A stretch of DNA of 60,249 nt, filler included. It is 7 parts of 7 records of this genome, joined end to end, with 100 filler letters (N's around TTAATTAATTAA, not from the genome) between each part and the next. Parts side by side here need not be neighbours in the genome. Positions count along the whole stretch, not along the records: positions 54,584 to 60,249 come from SRR31156797_19613; 6 more parts are not named here. The stretch is one strand, 5' to 3'. Numbering within the stretch: position 1 is the first letter of the stretch; every line of letters begins with the position of its first letter. Made by a program: the position numbers and the translations under genes. Below the pieces are notes generated by a model. The model ran no database searches, was not told where the DNA came from, and worked only from the letters and a program-made list of their open reading frames with translations. Below, in pieces: positions 57,152 through 60,249 of the stretch.

Positions 57152-58183
57152 TTACGCCGCCTTCTTCATATAGCTTTTGATCAGTTCCTCGCCGATCTGC
57201 ACCGTGTTCAGCGCCGCCCCCTTGCGCAGGTTGTCCGATACGCACCAGAAGGCCAGGCCGTTCGGCACGGTCGGGTCCTTGCGGATGCGGCTGACATAGG
57301 TGGCGTCTTCACCGGCGCATTCGGCCGGAGTGACATAGCCCTCGTCGGCACGGTGATCGACGACGACGACGCCGGGCGCCTTGCGCAGCGCGGCGCGTGC
57401 CTCTTCATCGCTGATCGGACGCTCGAATTCGACGTGGATGGCCTCGCCGTGGCCGATGAAGGTCGGGATGCGCACGCAGGTGGCGAAAACGTCGATGTCC
57501 GGGTCCATGATCTTCTTGGTCTCGGCCACCATTTTCCACTCTTCCTTGGTCGACCCGTCGTCCATGAACTTGTCGATGTGCGGGATGGCGTTGAACGCGA
57601 TCTGCTTGGTGAACTTCTTGCGATGGCTTTCCGTCGCCTCGTTGGTGAAGATGCCGCGGGTCTGGTTGAACAGCTCGTCCATGGCTTCCTTGCCGGCGCC
57701 CGACGTCGACTGATAGGTCGCCACCACGACGCGCTTGATCTTGGCGATGTCATGCAGGGGTTTGAGCGCCACCACCATCTGAATGGTCGAACAGTTCGGA
57801 TTGGCGATGATGCCGCGCTTCTTGTAACCGGCGATGGCTTGCGGATTGACTTCCGGCACGACCAGCGGGATGTCCGGATCCATGCGGAAATACGACGTGT
57901 TGTCGATGACCACGGCGCCGGCCTTGGCCGCGATCGGCGCGAACTTGGACGAAACGCTGGCGCCCGGCGACGACAGCACGATGTCGGTCCCGGCAAAATC
58001 GTACTCGGCTAGGTTCTGGACCTTCAGCACCGCGTCCTCGCCGTATGAAATTTCGCGGCCGACCGACCGCTCGGACGCCAGCGCCACCATCTCGTCGGCG
58101 GGGAAATTGCGTTCGGCGGCAATCGACAGGATCTCGCGTCCCACGTTGCCGGTCGCGCCCATGACGGCGACTTTGTAACCCAT
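57152..58183 (-). CDS. asd: Aspartate-semialdehyde dehydrogenase
   Basis: MGYKVAVMGATGNVG, IIANPNCST, CVRIP...GHGE, DNLRKGAALN; start 58183 after GGGAG. Confidence 0.97.
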   Translation of the reverse strand: MGYKVAVMGATGNVGREILSIAAERNFPADEMVALASERSVGREISYGEDAVLKVQNLAEYDFAGTDIVLSSPGASVSSKFAPIAAKAGAVVIDNTSYFRMDPDIPLVVPEVNPQAIAGYKKRGIIANPNCSTIQMVVALKPLHDIAKIKRVVVATYQSTSGAGKEAMDELFNQTRGIFTNEATESHRKKFTKQIAFNAIPHIDKFMDDGSTKEEWKMVAETKKIMDPDIDVFATCVRIPTFIGHGEAIHVEFERPISDEEARAALRKAPGVVVVDHRADEGYVTPAECAGEDATYVSRIRKDPTVPNGLAFWCVSDNLRKGAALNTVQIGEELIKSYMKKAA

Positions 58184-58246
58184 TTTCTTGTTCTCCCGTT
58201 CAGTAGCGGCACCCATCGCCGCGATAACTCGTTGATCGAATGGCTC

Positions 58247-58287
58247 AAACAAAAAGCCCGCCGGATGTTTCGGCGGGCTTTTTGTTT
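58247..58287 (-). terminator. Attenuator terminator (3:4 hairpin) in the asd leader
   Basis: Perfect 17-bp inverted repeat AAACAAAAAGCCCGCCG-AAACATC-CGGCGGGCTTTTTGTTT, 63 nt before the asd start. Confidence 0.9.
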
Positions 58288-58316
58288 TGCCTGTGCAAAA
58301 CCTGTGCAGCCCGCCA

Positions 58317-58430
58317 TTACCCCGCGGTTTTTTTAGCCTTGGTAGTCGTGGTGGTGACGGTGGCGTGCGACGGCGCAACCCGCGAAAGGGGCGCCAAAGC
58401 CGCATACCTGTGAACGTGTTGAACCATCAT
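58317..58430 (-). CDS. Thr/Lys-rich leader peptide of asd (37 aa, MMVQHVHRYAALAPLSRVAPSHATVTTTTTKAKKTAG)
   Basis: GAGG RBS, tandem ATGs, 7 Thr and 3 Lys codons in the last 14 codons, stop directly followed by the antiterminator strand. Confidence 0.8.
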   Translation of the reverse strand: MMVQHVHRYAALAPLSRVAPSHATVTTTTTKAKKTAG

Positions 58431-58457
58431 GGTCCTCGCCATTTCCGTCGGCCGACA

Positions 58458-58486
58458 GCTTTAGCGGCTTGTCGGACAAATTTCAA
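58458..58486 (-). promoter_or_regulatory. Alphaproteobacterial-type sigma70 promoter for the leader-asd transcript
   Basis: (C)TTGAAA-N17-TAAAGC on the minus strand. Confidence 0.6.
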
Positions 58487-58526
58487 GCCGTAGCTTTCAT
58501 AAGGGGGATTTTTTGTCGCCAATCGC

Positions 58527-60029
58527 TCAAAACATCGCCCGGCCGCCGGTGACGATCTGCGCCTTCTGGTCGCGGCCATAGAGCCGCCGGGCGTAATAGG
58601 TCAGCGTATCGGCCAGATAGGCGTTGAGCTCGTCATAGCCGATGACGTTGTCGCCGTTGCCATAGGGTGCGCGGTCGGCCGCCCCCGACATGCCCATCAG
58701 GTAATATTTGGTGAACAGCCCGTTGGAACTGTCCTCTTCCCAGGACGCCACCTGGTCGGACTGCCCGGCCGCGATCACGGTCAGGTTGCCCGGCACTGGT
58801 GGCACCTTCGGCTGGATATAAATGCCGGATGCCTTTGAAACCACCGACCCCGACTGGCTGGCGCCGGAAAAGCACGCCTCCAGCACCACCGTGGTGCCGG
58901 CCGACGGCAGCTTGGCGAGATTGCGATAGAGCCGGCTCAGGGGATAGCCGTTCAATTCGATGCGCGAGGCATCGGCGTCCGCCGGCACCAGATAGGCGGT
59001 GCCGTCCGTCCCCGGTGCGCCGTGGCCGCTGTAATAAACCGTCACACGCGAACGCCCGTCCTTGACCCAATCGAACAGCTGTCCGTGAGGATCGGTTTCG
59101 CTGCCGAAGACCCGCGTCATCTGCGATCCCGTCGCGTCGCGCATGAAGATGATATTGCCTTCGCGCACGCCCAGGGCCTCGATGACATATTGGGTGAAGG
59201 CTTCGGTATCGGCATAGGCCGGCACGACGTCGGGGATGTCGGCGCCGTACTGGGCATAGTCGCCGTTGCCGATGATGACCGCGATGTCGTCGGCACGCTC
59301 GGCCGCTTCGACGTATTCGATGCGCAAGCCCGCCCGCGCGAAGCCGCGCTTTCGCGCCCCGTCGCGCCGGACCATGCGCCGGGCCATCTTCGCCGCCTTC
59401 GATCCGCCGCTGGCGTATTGGGCGATGTCCATGCCGGCGACCTCGCGGGCCCAGGCATCGGCCATCTTGCCCTGTGCCTGCGAAATCGCGTCGCCGAGGT
59501 AGCCGTTGAAATCCATGCCCATGGACAGGGGCACGTCATGCCGGCTCTGGGTTGTCGGGCTGCGCCACATTTCGGCCCCGTCGGCATCGATGGCGCGCAA
59601 ACTGCCGACCACCAGGGCGTGCTGCTGCGGCGCCATCAGACAGCCGAACTGGAAGCCGACGTCCGATATGCCCAACTCGAAGACGGCATCGAAGCGGTTG
59701 CGGTCCGCCGTCTGGTCGATAATCGTCACACGCTCGAACTGCCGGCGGAATCTATCCTCCAGCGTCGCCGCCAGGTTCTGGCCGTAATTGACCGGCGTGA
59801 ATGTGACGGCGCCGATGCAGGTGCCGGGAATCTCGTGGGCCGCAGTAAAGGCACGCGCCGCCTCGGGCAACAGGATCGCCACCTCGATGGGCTGCCGCTC
59901 GGCGCTGAACGCCGTCAGAGTCGGGGTCGTTTTCAAAGTGGGGGCGACGGCGACGCAGGCCGCCACGAACAGGCCGGCAGACACCAAAGCCACCAACCGG
60001 AGACCGAACTTGGGGATACGCATCGTCAA
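58527..60029 (-). CDS. Lipoprotein with a C-terminal caspase-like (peptidase C14) domain
   Basis: Lipobox VAA-C; AVIIGN.DY, YYSGHG (His), LEACFSG (Cys), GLFTKY. Confidence 0.82.
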   Translation of the reverse strand: MTMRIPKFGLRLVALVSAGLFVAACVAVAPTLKTTPTLTAFSAERQPIEVAILLPEAARAFTAAHEIPGTCIGAVTFTPVNYGQNLAATLEDRFRRQFERVTIIDQTADRNRFDAVFELGISDVGFQFGCLMAPQQHALVVGSLRAIDADGAEMWRSPTTQSRHDVPLSMGMDFNGYLGDAISQAQGKMADAWAREVAGMDIAQYASGGSKAAKMARRMVRRDGARKRGFARAGLRIEYVEAAERADDIAVIIGNGDYAQYGADIPDVVPAYADTEAFTQYVIEALGVREGNIIFMRDATGSQMTRVFGSETDPHGQLFDWVKDGRSRVTVYYSGHGAPGTDGTAYLVPADADASRIELNGYPLSRLYRNLAKLPSAGTTVVLEACFSGASQSGSVVSKASGIYIQPKVPPVPGNLTVIAAGQSDQVASWEEDSSNGLFTKYYLMGMSGAADRAPYGNGDNVIGYDELNAYLADTLTYYARRLYGRDQKAQIVTGGRAMF

Positions 60030-60249
60030 CCCTCCCGCGCATCAGGGAACGATGTTATCGTAATAATATTATAATTTAGTTTGTTATTTTATCATAAAAG
60101 TACCGCCCAGCCGAGTCGGGAAAGCAACCGCTCCGAACCGTTCGGCGCCGAATTGCCGAAAAGCCTCCCGGCAAATCACTCTAATGAGATAAATTCATGG
60201 TGGGACAACCCAGGTCATCCAAAAGATGGAAAACAAATGGCAAGGCTCT

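Noticed and set aside
58184-58405. N-terminal extension of Asd in the 417-aa ORF call
   Set aside because: It runs through the attenuator hairpins; the conserved Asd start is MGYKVAV at 58183 with its own RBS.

Overview
This window is not one locus. It is seven unrelated contigs joined by six identical 100-nt artificial linkers (N44-TTAATTAATTAA-N44). (1) 1-7652, spirochaete-like: a LysM lipoprotein, a rhamnose ABC operon with rhaM, and the start of an amidohydrolase. (2) 7753-15914, Desulfobacterota-like: an operon for a signal-less BtuF/HmuT-like protein, a heme-type TonB-dependent receptor and a YejABEF-type ABC transporter. (3) 16015-25975: a phospholipase B-like Ntn-hydrolase lipoprotein, two tandem DUF1624 membrane proteins and a two-component/NtrC cluster. 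(4) 26076-35248: PchR-like AraC, a FyuA/FptA-like receptor, an ABC ATPase and a permease fused to an M1 peptidase domain that has lost its zinc histidines, flanked by two internally deleted receptor remnants. (5) 35349-41674, archaeal (Methanosarcinaceae-like): mrpABCD. (6) 41775-54483: a sigma54 activator with gabT, aldehyde:ferredoxin oxidoreductase and a GDH pseudogene, then LysE/LysR and a Cache histidine kinase/NtrC pair. (7) 54584-60249, alphaproteobacterial: alpha/beta hydrolase, DcuC, asd and a lipoprotein caspase. The best finding is an unannotated transcription attenuator upstream of asd: a promoter, a 37-aa leader peptide ending TVTTTTTKAKKTAG, and antiterminator/terminator hairpins with thrL-like architecture, but with Thr+Lys rather than Thr+Ile control codons. 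Taxonomic calls are inferences from gene content and composition; no searches were run.
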